Notes: a model not told the origin generated them from the letters alone. A stretch of 64,000 nucleotides of DNA from an uncultured Candidatus Saccharibacteria bacterium (GCA_964348395.1 CAYGCK010000002.1:12729-76728); one strand, 5' to 3'; positions 18,473-27,802 are shown, counted from the stretch's first letter. Numbers and translations are program-made.

Positions 18473-20515
18473 ATGGTTGAATTTTTGCGTCCGGAACACA
18501 CAAGTGATCAGAGAACAGAAGGTACAGAACAGCCCGCGGTGGGTGGAGAGGTTAAGAAGCAGAGTAGAATCCGAAGAATCCTCCGGTTCCCACTAAAATC
18601 CAAAATTACCGATTTCATAGGTAGAAGTCGCCGGCGTAAGGTTTTGTTTCTGTCCCTTTTGGCTATGCCTTTTGTACTTCTTTTGCTTGTAGTCGTTATA
18701 CCGGCCGCTACTGTCTACTCCCAAGTCAGATCTTTACCGGCGCAGGTGGGGGTTATCAGGGGTTCGGTAGAGGAGAGGGATTTGGATAAAGCCGAGGCTG
18801 CTTTGGGGGAATTGGACTCCTCGCTGTCCCGGTTTTCCAGAACCTACAACTATCTTTCCTACCTTAAATTCATTCCGTTTTTGGGTAGATACTACTCTGA
18901 TGGGGTCCATCTCTTAAACGCCGCACGCCTGGCGGTTGATTCCGGGGAGATGGTGGTGGCATCTCTCAAGCCGTACCAGGAGATTTTGGGGTTGAAGGAA
19001 GGTTTTGGGGACCAGATTACCGTGGAGCAGCGTCTCACGAATCTGTTGGGAACACTGCCGAGCTTAAGTGGGAGTTTGGATGAGGTTTGGGGGAATCTCC
19101 TTCTTATCGAGGCGGAGCTTGAGGAGGTCGATCCCACCCGCTACCCGGAGGAGATCAGGGGAGTGAAGGTTAGATTTTGGATTGAGGAGGCGCGGAGCAT
19201 TTTGGCAGAGACGGGGCCGCTGCTTGAGGAGGGGAGGACGATTTTGGAGCTCGCGCCACAGCTTTTGGGCTCACCCACCCCTCGTACCTATCTGGTTCTT
19301 TTCCAAAACGACGCCGAGATTCGAGCAACCGGTGGGTTTATTACCGGGCTTTCTATGATAACTCTTGAAGGAGGCAAGGTTGTGGAGAACGAGTTTAAAA
19401 GCGGGGCCTACGTCGCCAGAACCACGCCTTACATCCCGCCCCCGGCGCCTTTGGGGAAGTACTTGCGAGTCGGTACTTGGCATTTCCAGGACGCAAACTA
19501 CTACCCAGATTTTCCCGCCTCGGCCCGCGAGGTTCTTAGGGTTTGGGAGCTTTCGCGCCTGCCCGCCCCCGCCGGGGTGGTATCCATTAACACCCAGGTG
19601 GCCTCTAACATTCTTGAGATCACGGGACCCATACACATCCCGGGCTATGACTTGGACTTATCAAAACTATCTTTCTTGCCCGAGTCCTGCCAGGCCGGCG
19701 GACGAGAGTTCACCACAGAAAACTTGGTTTGCCGCTTGGAGTATTATGTGGAGCGCAATCCCCAGGAGGGGACGGCTACGGAGGAGCGCAAACTCATCCT
19801 GGGTAAGCTCTCCGACGCGGTCATTCAGAAAATCACCTCGGCTACTTCGGAGATATGGCCGCGGCTTGTGGATATGGTTTTTGAGAGCTTGGAGCAGAAG
19901 AATATCATGATTTATGCTCTCGAGGCGCGCGAGCAGGAACTTATTAAGTCTTTGGGTTGGGCGGGGGAGATGCGGGATTTTGAGGGCGACTACCTTCACA
20001 TCTCCGACAGCAACTTTGGCGGCAAAAAAACCGATCTCTTCTTGGAAGAAGAGGTGGAGCAGATTCTAGAGCGCAGGGAGGACGGGGTTTGGCAAAAAAC
20101 GGTCAAAATCAGCTACTTCAACCCCCAACCCCTCGACAACTGGCTATCCTCGGTCTACAAAGATTTTGTTCGGCTTTACGTCCCGTCTGGCTCTCGATTG
20201 TTGTCGGTCGAGGGCGGGGCTCAAATCTGGACAGCACCCGATAAGTGGGCCACCGGTATAGAAAATCCCGCGGGTTGGCAGGAGTTTGGGAAGACCGTTT
20301 TTGGCGCTTACTTCACTCTTTGGCCCCAACAAGAGCACGCGATAACCTTCGTCTATGAGCTGCCCCAGGGCGCGGTTGGGGGTGAGACGTATCGGCTCTT
20401 GATGCAGAAGCAATCCGGTACAAATATAGGTCTTGTAGAAGTAAAAATCGGTGGTAATATAGAGGCGTTCGAGTTAAAAACCGATTTCGAAGTTTCGTCA
20501 ACCGTTGAACAATGA
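18473..20515 (+). CDS. hypothetical membrane-anchored extracytoplasmic protein (N-terminal basic tail + single TM; possibly DUF4012-like)
   Basis: 680 aa. Basic N-terminus, a TM helix (VLFLSLLAMPFVLLLLVVVI), then a large non-repetitive ectodomain. The family assignment is an unverified recollection. Confidence 0.5.
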   Translation: MVEFLRPEHTSDQRTEGTEQPAVGGEVKKQSRIRRILRFPLKSKITDFIGRSRRRKVLFLSLLAMPFVLLLLVVVIPAATVYSQVRSLPAQVGVIRGSVEERDLDKAEAALGELDSSLSRFSRTYNYLSYLKFIPFLGRYYSDGVHLLNAARLAVDSGEMVVASLKPYQEILGLKEGFGDQITVEQRLTNLLGTLPSLSGSLDEVWGNLLLIEAELEEVDPTRYPEEIRGVKVRFWIEEARSILAETGPLLEEGRTILELAPQLLGSPTPRTYLVLFQNDAEIRATGGFITGLSMITLEGGKVVENEFKSGAYVARTTPYIPPPAPLGKYLRVGTWHFQDANYYPDFPASAREVLRVWELSRLPAPAGVVSINTQVASNILEITGPIHIPGYDLDLSKLSFLPESCQAGGREFTTENLVCRLEYYVERNPQEGTATEERKLILGKLSDAVIQKITSATSEIWPRLVDMVFESLEQKNIMIYALEAREQELIKSLGWAGEMRDFEGDYLHISDSNFGGKKTDLFLEEEVEQILERREDGVWQKTVKISYFNPQPLDNWLSSVYKDFVRLYVPSGSRLLSVEGGAQIWTAPDKWATGIENPAGWQEFGKTVFGAYFTLWPQQEHAITFVYELPQGAVGGETYRLLMQKQSGTNIGLVEVKIGGNIEAFELKTDFEVSSTVEQ

Positions 20516-20532
20516 CCACTCAACCTGCCTAA

Positions 20533-21282
20533 ATGCCTGCATTTAGGGAAGAAGGAATAGTAATAAGAAAGAAAGATTTCGGCGAAGCCGATAAGATTTT
20601 AACCATTTACACCAGAGACCACGGACGAATTACCGCTTTTGCACCCGGGGCCCGCAAGGTAACCTCCAGAAAAACCTCCGCCACCGAACTCTTCACCCAC
20701 GGAATATATTTTTTGTCCCAAGGTAGGAGTATGGACGTCGTCACCGAGTGGGAAGTCTTAAACTCGTTCTACCAGATAAGAGACGACTTGAACAAAGCCG
20801 CCTTGTCTTTTTATTTGGCCGAGGTTCTAAACTCCTTTTTGGTCGATGGACAGCCAAACTACCCGATGTACCGCCTTTTTCTGGAATCGCTTTCGCTTCT
20901 GTCGCGCGCGAAGCAAAACCATGAGCTTTGGGTGAGAGCGTTTGAGATCAAATCTCTGACCCAACTCGGCTTTGGCCCCGAACTTTACCAGTGCGCCTCC
21001 TGTGCTGCGCCTTTGACCTCCGATAAGTACTTTCAAGTGGAGCAGGGGGGAACGGTTTGTCGGGAGTGTGTGGAGGACGGGCTCCTTTTAAGTGACGAGC
21101 AGCTCGCGTTTCTTCGTGATATCGCGAGTTTAAACTGGAACGAACTCTCGCGGTTGAGGTACGAGGACCATAGTCTCGATGAGGCGGAGAAGATTTTGTC
21201 CTACTACCTCCGAGGGATTCTGGAGAAGGAGCTTTCAACCTCTGATTTTGTGAAACAAGCAAGGCAGGAACTCGCCGTTTAA
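20533..21282 (+). CDS. recO: DNA repair protein RecO
   Basis: MPAFREEGIVIRKKDFGEADKILTIYTRDHGRITAFAPGARK OB-fold N-terminus; C4 zinc motif CASCAAPL...CRECV. Confidence 0.85.
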   Translation: MPAFREEGIVIRKKDFGEADKILTIYTRDHGRITAFAPGARKVTSRKTSATELFTHGIYFLSQGRSMDVVTEWEVLNSFYQIRDDLNKAALSFYLAEVLNSFLVDGQPNYPMYRLFLESLSLLSRAKQNHELWVRAFEIKSLTQLGFGPELYQCASCAAPLTSDKYFQVEQGGTVCRECVEDGLLLSDEQLAFLRDIASLNWNELSRLRYEDHSLDEAEKILSYYLRGILEKELSTSDFVKQARQELAV

Positions 21283-21323
21283 CCGATTGCCTTTCTGTCG
21301 CTTGTGCTGTTAATCTATAACCT

Positions 21324-22616
21324 GTGATGGCTTCTGATACGTTCGAAAAGGTCGTGGCACTTTGTAAGCGCCGCGGTTTTGTCTATCCTGGATCCGACAT
21401 TTACGGCGGTTTAAAGGGATTTTGGGATTATGGTCCTTTGGGGGTTGAGCTCAAAAACAACATAAAGCGCGCCTGGTGGCAGGATACAGTTTACGCGCGC
21501 GATGATGTGATTGGGGTAGACGCGGCGATTATTATGAATCCCAAAGTGTGGAAGGCTTCTGGACATACCGAAGCCTTCACCGACCCTCTGGTTGAGTGCA
21601 AAAAGTGTCATAAAAGATTTAGAGCCGATCAGAAAGAGGAGATAAACGGGCATGAAAGGAAGGAACACGGGGGGAAAGGGGACTGGACCGAGCCTAAACG
21701 CTTTAATCTCTTGACCGAGGTTTATCTTGGAACGACCGAGCCCAAACAGAAAGCTTATCTTAGAGGTGAGGTCACCCAGGGTGTCTTTGTGAACTTTCAA
21801 AACATCGTTTCCTCTGCACGTGTAAAAATCCCTTTTGGGGTCGCTCAAATTGGGAAGGCTTTCAGAAACGAAATAACCCCCGGTAACTTTACCTACCGAA
21901 GTCGCGAGTTTGAGCAAATGGAGCTTGAATTTTTCATAAATCCCGATAAAAAGGAGGCCGAGCGCATTTTTAAGTACTGGAAGAAGGAAAGGTTTGATTG
22001 GTACGTTGGTTTGGGTATGGATAAGGCCAAGCTTCGGTTTAGAGAGCATGGCGATGACGAACGGGCGCACTACGCCCGAGCGGCTGAGGATATAGAGTAC
22101 AAAGCGCCGTTTGGTTGGAGTGAGTTTGAGGGGATTCACGATAGGGGAGATTGGGATCTCTCGCGTCATAATCTAACCTATAAAGATCCAGACGGCGATG
22201 AAGAATACATCCCCTGGGTTATCGAAACCTCAGGGGGAGTCGACAGGTCGGCTTTCTTCTTCCTCCTTGACGGTTACCACGAGGACAGGGACAGAGTAGT
22301 TCTCAAACTCCACCCCCGTCTAGCGCCCTACAAGGTAGCAGTTTTTCCGCTGGTGGCTAATAAGCCGGAACTGGTAAAGAAGGCCCGGGAGATTTACGAT
22401 TCGTTGAAAGGGTCGTTTCCGATAACTTGGGACGAGCGCGGCAATATCGGAAAGCGCTATTTCGCTCAAGATGAGACAGGAACACCTTGGTGTGTAACTA
22501 CCGATTATCAGACTTTGGAAGATAACACTGTGACAGTTAGAGATAGAGATACAACGAAACAGAAGCGCGTGAAGTTGGAGGAATTGGCCGATTACTTTCG
22601 AGATAATCTTTCCTAA
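21324..22616 (+). CDS. glyQS: glycine--tRNA ligase (dimeric alpha2 type)
   Basis: YPGSDIYGGLKGFWDYGPLGVELKNNIKRAWW class II aaRS motifs; C-terminal anticodon-binding domain. Confidence 0.9.
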   Translation: MMASDTFEKVVALCKRRGFVYPGSDIYGGLKGFWDYGPLGVELKNNIKRAWWQDTVYARDDVIGVDAAIIMNPKVWKASGHTEAFTDPLVECKKCHKRFRADQKEEINGHERKEHGGKGDWTEPKRFNLLTEVYLGTTEPKQKAYLRGEVTQGVFVNFQNIVSSARVKIPFGVAQIGKAFRNEITPGNFTYRSREFEQMELEFFINPDKKEAERIFKYWKKERFDWYVGLGMDKAKLRFREHGDDERAHYARAAEDIEYKAPFGWSEFEGIHDRGDWDLSRHNLTYKDPDGDEEYIPWVIETSGGVDRSAFFFLLDGYHEDRDRVVLKLHPRLAPYKVAVFPLVANKPELVKKAREIYDSLKGSFPITWDERGNIGKRYFAQDETGTPWCVTTDYQTLEDNTVTVRDRDTTKQKRVKLEELADYFRDNLS

Positions 22617-22627
22617 GCGAAACTAGC

Positions 22628-22810
22628 GATCGGTAAGATCACGTCCTATTCCCAAGACGAGATCGGGACCCCCTGGTGTGTGACGGTGGACTACCAAACC
22701 ATGGAGGAGGGGACCATAACCGTCCGCGACCGCGACACCACCAAGCAAGATAGACTAGAGATACAGGACTTACCCTCTTATTTTCTAGGGAAATTATCAC
22801 ACCTCTAGTG
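22628..22810 (+). pseudogene. displaced duplicate of the glyS 3' end (about 60 codons of the anticodon-binding domain), in frame directly after the glyS stop
   Basis: Translation [52 protein letters not shown] aligns to glyS residues about 375-425 ([51 protein letters not shown]). The nucleotides are diverged and GC-richer than the in-place 3' end. Confidence 0.7.
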
Positions 22811-22860
22811 CCACGACTCCCCCGCTAGGGGAGAGTGTTTGGCGACCTGTGTTTGCACTC

Positions 22861-22926
22861 TTGACTTAGAGATCTATTTTTGTCTAAAGTGGTGATAAGT
22901 GGCAGCAAGTACCACAAAGTGGGTAC
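22861..22926 (+). promoter_or_regulatory. mraZ promoter region with MraZ-box-like direct repeats (AAGTGG x3-4 at 10-bp spacing)
   Basis: TTGACT -35-like hexamer at 22861-22866. aagtggtgat aagtggcagc aagtaccaca aagtgggtac at 22887-22926 gives phased GTGG(G) repeats like known MraZ operators. Confidence 0.5.
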
Positions 22927-22977
22927 GTTAGCCACGCGGTTCCTGCCCAGGGACCTGCCCTTTAATAACGAAAGATC

Positions 22978-23397
22978 ATGCTGATTGGTGAGTATCGGAT
23001 CCGTGTTGGAGCTAAGAATCGCCTATCGTTGCCTAAGAAACTTCGCGAAGACTTGGGCGAGGAGGCGGTGGTGATGCGTGGTTATGAGGGTGCGGTTCTT
23101 GTGGTGTCAAAGAAGAACTGGTCCTCACTGGTTGAGGAGGTTTTGAGCGGTCCGTTGACCGATTCCCAAGTTCGGGATACGGCTCGGTTCTTGATGGGAG
23201 GGGCACACGAAGTGGAGCTGGACTCGCAAGGGCGCTTTGTTCTCCCTCAACCTTTGGTTAGCTTTAGCGGTATAGCCCCCAAAGATGTGGTTGTCTTTGT
23301 GGGTTTGGGACGCTGGGTTGAGATTTGGTCGAGCGAGCGCTGGAGTGAGCGTTTAGCGAATTTGGGCGAGCGCGCTGCAGGAAACCTCAAATTATAA
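22978..23397 (+). CDS. mraZ: transcriptional regulator MraZ
   Basis: 139 aa. Two tandem MraZ/SpoVT-AbrB-like halves (NRLSLPKKLRE / QGRFVLPQPL). First gene of the dcw cluster. Confidence 0.8.
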   Translation: MLIGEYRIRVGAKNRLSLPKKLREDLGEEAVVMRGYEGAVLVVSKKNWSSLVEEVLSGPLTDSQVRDTARFLMGGAHEVELDSQGRFVLPQPLVSFSGIAPKDVVVFVGLGRWVEIWSSERWSERLANLGERAAGNLKL

Positions 23398-23399
23398 GT

Positions 23400-24266
23400 A
23401 TGGCAATTCACAAACCGGTACTTCCTACCGAGGTACTTAAGTTATTACAAGTTAAGGAAGGCGGTCGCTACATTGACGCGACCTTGGGGGAAGGCGGACA
23501 CGCCTTGGAGGTTGCGAATCGCGGGGGTCTGGTTCTGGGAATAGAGAAAGACCCGGAGATTCTTGAGGAAGCCAGGCAGAGGCTGGAGGGCAAGGTAAAG
23601 GTTGTTCGCGGAAACTTTGCCGATATCGATCAAATCGCCAAGACGCGCAAATTTGACGGAGCGGACGGGATACTTTTCGACTTAGGTGTGTCCTCATGGC
23701 AACTGGAGCGTTCTGGCCGAGGGTTCTCTTTCCAAAAGGACGAACCCTTAGACATGAGGGCGGACCCAAGTCTGAAAGTTACTGCAGCTGATCTTTTGAA
23801 CGGATTAACAAAACATGAACTGGAAAAACTTCTTCAAAATCTTGGTGAGGAGGAGCGAGCTAGGGAGCTTGCTCGAGCTATTGTTCGCGCCCGTACCTTA
23901 AAACCTTTTGAGACCACCGAAGACCTGGTTCTGGTGGTCGAGGAAGTCAAGGGCGGGAAAGGTAAAAAAAGAATACATCCGGCGACAAAGGTCTTTCAAG
24001 CGCTCCGGATCGCTGTGAACGATGAAATAAACGCACTGCGGTCCGCACTGCCCCGAGCGTTTGGGGTCCTCAAGACCGGCGGAAGGCTCGCAGTCGTAGC
24101 CTTCCATTCGCTTGAGGATAGGGAAGTCAAAGGATTTTTTAGTGAAGCTCAAGCGCGGGAGCTGGGTCGGGTCGTGACAAAAAAGCCCGTGAGGCCCACC
24201 CCCCAGGAGTTAAAAGAGAATCCCCGTTCGCGCTCGGCAAAGTTAAGGGTTTTAGAAAGAATTTGA
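23400..24266 (+). CDS. rsmH: 16S rRNA (cytosine1402-N4)-methyltransferase RsmH (MraW)
   Basis: HKPVLPTEVL...YIDATLGEGGHA, FDLGVSSWQLE and RIAVNDE motifs. Confidence 0.9.
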   Translation: MAIHKPVLPTEVLKLLQVKEGGRYIDATLGEGGHALEVANRGGLVLGIEKDPEILEEARQRLEGKVKVVRGNFADIDQIAKTRKFDGADGILFDLGVSSWQLERSGRGFSFQKDEPLDMRADPSLKVTAADLLNGLTKHELEKLLQNLGEEERARELARAIVRARTLKPFETTEDLVLVVEEVKGGKGKKRIHPATKVFQALRIAVNDEINALRSALPRAFGVLKTGGRLAVVAFHSLEDREVKGFFSEAQARELGRVVTKKPVRPTPQELKENPRSRSAKLRVLERI

Positions 24267-24267
24267 A

Positions 24268-24531
24268 ATGACAAGAAAAATCTTTGCCGTACTTTTCTTC
24301 TTGAGCGTGGCTGCCCAAGTCGTCGTGGCTAACTCTTTGGTTTCCAAGGGGAGGCGAATGGATGAGCTCGTGCTCGAGCGCAAGCGCCTTGAGTCACAAC
24401 TTCTAGATTTGGAAAACAAAATTGCTCAGGCCTCATCGCTTTCTGCTATAAAGGAAAAAGCAGAGAGTCTCGGGATGAAGCCCGGCAGTTTGCAGTATCT
24501 CCCACCAGCGCCGGTGGCGCTTAACCGCTGA
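24268..24531 (+). CDS. ftsL: cell division protein FtsL/DivIC-like (septum formation initiator)
   Basis: 87 aa, N-terminal TM plus coiled coil (LERKRLESQLLDLENKIAQ). Position between rsmH and ftsI. Confidence 0.65.
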   Translation: MTRKIFAVLFFLSVAAQVVVANSLVSKGRRMDELVLERKRLESQLLDLENKIAQASSLSAIKEKAESLGMKPGSLQYLPPAPVALNR

Positions 24532-26300
24532 TGCGCCTTAAGGTTGTTTTTGTATTCTTCGCGTTGGTTTTGGTCTTTATTTCGCTGCGCCTTTTTAAAA
24601 TTCAAGTTATTGATCATGAGCAGTACCTGATTTTAGCCGAGGGTCAGCGGGTACGTTCCTATGAAATCCCGGCTGAGCGGGGGCGTATCTTCTCCTCCGG
24701 AGGAATCTTGGCTACCAACGAGGAGGCGTATAGGTTATTTGCCGATTTAAACGCGGTTGAGGACCCTGAATCTTTAGCGCAGGAGTTGGTGCCTATTCTT
24801 CTTGAGGATCATCGTTTTTTTACCTATAATCCTATGCCCTCTGAGCTTGTCTCGAAAGTGGGGGATTCGAGCGACCCTAGGGAAACTTTGACCGCTCGCC
24901 TCGTCGAGCTTTTAACCAAGGAGGACAGACAGTGGGTTTCGTTGGCAAGAAAAGTTTCGCTTTCAGTCGCCGAAAAAGTAAGGGAGAAAGAGTTTGCCGG
25001 TTTAACCTTTGAACCAGATCCCCGAAGATTTTACCCTGAAGGGACGCTTGGCGCGGGTGTCTTGGGTTTTGTCGCCTCGGACGAGGAGGGAAGCGATCGC
25101 GGTTATAACGGGTTGGAGGGGTATTATGACGGGGACCTTCGTGGCAAGGCGGGGTGGTCCGCGAGTGAGTACTCCCCGACGCGCCAATCGATACTTATTG
25201 GTACCTCCTCCGCGGTCGAAGCCCAAAACGGGGCGGATCTTTATTTGACGGTCAATCGCGGGGTACAAACCATTTTGGAGGAGAAGATTAAGGAGGGAGT
25301 GGAGCGATACGGAGCCAAAAGCGGCTCTTTTGTCGCTATTGAGCCAAAGACCGGCAAGATCCTGGCTATGGGTAACTATCCAAGCTTTGATCCGGGGAAC
25401 TTTAGCCCGCTCGAGGAAGGAGGAGACTCGGATTACGGGCGGGAGTTTAGAAATCTCTCGATTGCGACGACCTATGAGCCAGGCTCTATTATGAAGCCGG
25501 TTACCCTCTCCTCGGCTTTGGACTCCGGTAAAATTGGCACCGATTGGACTTTCGTCGACAGCGGACCGCTCAAGATTGGGGAGTCGACCATAAATACCTG
25601 GGACGGAAAGCACTGGGGCAAGCAAACTTTGAGCGAACTTTTGCAGAAGTCCAACAACGTAGGAGCGGCGCAGGTGGCACTTGAGGTAGGAGCCGAAACC
25701 TTAAGGAGTTATTTCCTTAACTTTGGCTTTGGTTCGAGTTTGGGAGTGGATTTGGAGGGGGAGGAGGCCGGCCTGGTTAAGGATCTGAAGAATTGGCGTC
25801 GGGTGGATCTGGCGACCGCCGGTTTTGGCCAGGGCGTTGCGGTGACTCCTCTTCAGATGACCGCGGCTTACGCGGCGATTGCCAACGGAGGGGTTCTGAT
25901 GAAGCCTTATGTGGTTGAGAAGATTATCGATAGAGCTGGTCGCGAGATCGATTTTTCTCCTACTCCTATAAGGCGAGTAATCTCGCCCCAAACCGCCGAC
26001 GTTGTGACCGAGCTTCTGCGCTCCGCCACCTCCGGTGGCGAGTCGGTCGCGCTTAGGAACGCACGCTACGTGATAGCCGGCAAAACCGGGACCGCACAGA
26101 TTCCGGTCGGCGGTCGCTACGACCCCAACAAAAGCAATACGACGTTTGTCGGTTTTCCCTTTAAAGATAAAGAGTTTGTGATGCTCATCCGCCTTGAGGA
26201 ACCGACGACCTCTACGTTTTCGGCGACGACCGTAGTTCCTTTGTGGCTCGAGGCGTTTGAGAAGGTTGCGCCCCTTTTTGGAATCCTTCCTGATAGGTAA
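24531..26300 (+). CDS. ftsI: peptidoglycan D,D-transpeptidase FtsI (class B PBP)
   Basis: N-terminal TM and PBP dimerisation domain. Transpeptidase motifs SNNVG (SxN) and KTGTA (KTG). Confidence 0.85.
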   Translation: MRLKVVFVFFALVLVFISLRLFKIQVIDHEQYLILAEGQRVRSYEIPAERGRIFSSGGILATNEEAYRLFADLNAVEDPESLAQELVPILLEDHRFFTYNPMPSELVSKVGDSSDPRETLTARLVELLTKEDRQWVSLARKVSLSVAEKVREKEFAGLTFEPDPRRFYPEGTLGAGVLGFVASDEEGSDRGYNGLEGYYDGDLRGKAGWSASEYSPTRQSILIGTSSAVEAQNGADLYLTVNRGVQTILEEKIKEGVERYGAKSGSFVAIEPKTGKILAMGNYPSFDPGNFSPLEEGGDSDYGREFRNLSIATTYEPGSIMKPVTLSSALDSGKIGTDWTFVDSGPLKIGESTINTWDGKHWGKQTLSELLQKSNNVGAAQVALEVGAETLRSYFLNFGFGSSLGVDLEGEEAGLVKDLKNWRRVDLATAGFGQGVAVTPLQMTAAYAAIANGGVLMKPYVVEKIIDRAGREIDFSPTPIRRVISPQTADVVTELLRSATSGGESVALRNARYVIAGKTGTAQIPVGGRYDPNKSNTTFVGFPFKDKEFVMLIRLEEPTTSTFSATTVVPLWLEAFEKVAPLFGILPDR

Positions 26301-26301
26301 T

Positions 26302-26856
26302 TCAATCCTGTTCCATCTCGCGTCGTAGTTTTTGAATAGTTCGATAGAGAATCGTTCCCACATTAGTCTCCGAAAGCCCCATCACCTTGGCTATCGCTCG
26401 GTTGGTCAACCCCTCGTAGAACTTGAGGTAGATTATCTCGCGTTCCCGCTCCTCTATCTTAAAAAGTGCTCGTCCGAGCCACTCCTTTTCCTCCTCCTCT
26501 TGAAGTTCCTCAAGCTGAGCCGGGAGGTCACCTTTGAGAGGAGGTCTCTCCTCTACGCTAACCTTGCGTTTACCCCCTTCCTTTCGCAGGTGGTCGAAGA
26601 ATGTGTTTCTTGCTATTGTGAAAAGCCACGCGGAGAAAGGAATCCCCTGCCATTGAAAGCTGCCTAAACCGCCTAAAGCTTTTTCGAATGTTTCGGAGGT
26701 TAAATCTTCGGCGAGATCCGTATCTGCCAGCCTTGAGGTAAAGTAACCTCTGACTTTCGGTGCGTAGTGCTCCCACAGCACACCAAAGGGGCGGTTGGGG
26801 CCGCTTTTGATCTTTTTGGCGGCTTCGACAAGCCTTTCCTCCTCTTTTATGTCCAT
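26302..26856 (-). CDS. RNA polymerase sigma factor, ECF (sigma-24) subfamily
   Basis: Region 2 (LAEDLTSETFEKA...FSAWLFTIARN) and region 4 HTH (LTNRAIAKVMGLSETNVGTILYRTIQKLR). Confidence 0.85.
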   Translation of the reverse strand: MDIKEEERLVEAAKKIKSGPNRPFGVLWEHYAPKVRGYFTSRLADTDLAEDLTSETFEKALGGLGSFQWQGIPFSAWLFTIARNTFFDHLRKEGGKRKVSVEERPPLKGDLPAQLEELQEEEEKEWLGRALFKIEEREREIIYLKFYEGLTNRAIAKVMGLSETNVGTILYRTIQKLRREMEQD

Positions 26857-27665
26857 AACCTATCGGAGAGTTCAAGAAGTACAGGCCACAGTTTTTTAGA
26901 TGGTCCTATGAGAACGACGACTTCACCCGCCTTGACGCGCCTTGGGGCTTTAGCGATACTCTTTTCTGAAACGACGATTTTTTTTCCGGCAAAATTTTCT
27001 AGAACCTCGTCGAGCGCTTCTTTTTTTGGTGGGAGATACTCGTGGGTCGCGTCGATTATGATCCCTCCCTCCTTTGCGGGTAGGATTCTTATACGCGCCT
27101 TGGGGAGCGTGAAATTGGCGAGTGCGTCTTTTGCGGCTTTGGGAGGAATCCCAAAAAGCTTTCCTACTCTTACTGCTGCGTCGAAATAACCCCTAAGGCC
27201 CTTCGCCTCCTTAACCCTCACAGTTTTTGGGGCTTTATACTCTTTTGAGAGATACGGGGCATCCCCACAGACAACCGCGACCTGCGGTTGGGTAATCTTC
27301 CAAAAATAATCGAAAGTTTCCGCTCTCGTGTAGCCTATCTCAAGGACCAGAAAATTTTTGTGCTTGGGCAAAATTAGAAGTTGGGTGGCGCTTTTCAAGA
27401 GAATGAGCAACCACTCGGCATACGTTTTGGGGTACGAGCGAGTTCCTAGAACCGTAAGCGGTAGGACGAACTCTGCGTCTGGCGTCTCCAAATTTCGACG
27501 GGTTGGGAAGTGGTGCTTTAGGACATGATAGGTTGCTTCTCTGGCTGTCGCCGTCTGTCCATTTCCCAAAATAGCGATAACCGTAGGTTCGTGTTTTCTA
27601 ATCACCCACCTGGAGAGAAGGAGGAGTGCGAAGCGCAAAGTACGGCGCAAGAGCTTCTTTAGCAT
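26847..27665 (-). CDS. Mur ligase family-like protein (central + partial C-terminal domain) with degenerate P-loop
   Basis: PTVIAILGNGQTATAREATYHVL aligns to the Mur ligase GxxGKT(T/S) loop but with Lys->Gln and one residue deleted. NLETPDAEFVLPLTVLG, LVLEIGYTRAE (EMG-like) and IIIDATHEYLPPKKEALDEVL (DDSYNANP-like) are present. There is no N-terminal domain. Overlaps the ECF sigma start by 10 nt. Confidence 0.55.
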   Translation of the reverse strand: MLKKLLRRTLRFALLLLSRWVIRKHEPTVIAILGNGQTATAREATYHVLKHHFPTRRNLETPDAEFVLPLTVLGTRSYPKTYAEWLLILLKSATQLLILPKHKNFLVLEIGYTRAETFDYFWKITQPQVAVVCGDAPYLSKEYKAPKTVRVKEAKGLRGYFDAAVRVGKLFGIPPKAAKDALANFTLPKARIRILPAKEGGIIIDATHEYLPPKKEALDEVLENFAGKKIVVSEKSIAKAPRRVKAGEVVVLIGPSKKLWPVLLELSDRLWT

Positions 27666-27802
27666 AATTTGATTATAACCCCAACAGCTGTGACGGCGTT
27701 CTTCTTGTCCCGTTTTTCTTTTTGATGAGACACTGCCGCGCGCCGCCCTTCCTATAAGATTGTATTGCCGAGCCTCCGGTTGCTAGTATTGAAACGGAAA
27801 TT

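Noticed and set aside
19365-19910. Nested plus-strand ORF (181 aa, Pro/Arg/Ser-rich) inside the 680-aa membrane protein gene
   Set aside because: It is an alternative frame of a confidently coding region, with low-complexity composition and no RBS. Not called.
20528-20547. 8-bp hairpin (CCTAAATG-cctg-CATTTAGG) spanning the recO start codon, as a terminator
   Set aside because: There is no downstream T-run, and it contains the recO ATG. It may modulate initiation but cannot be supported as a terminator.
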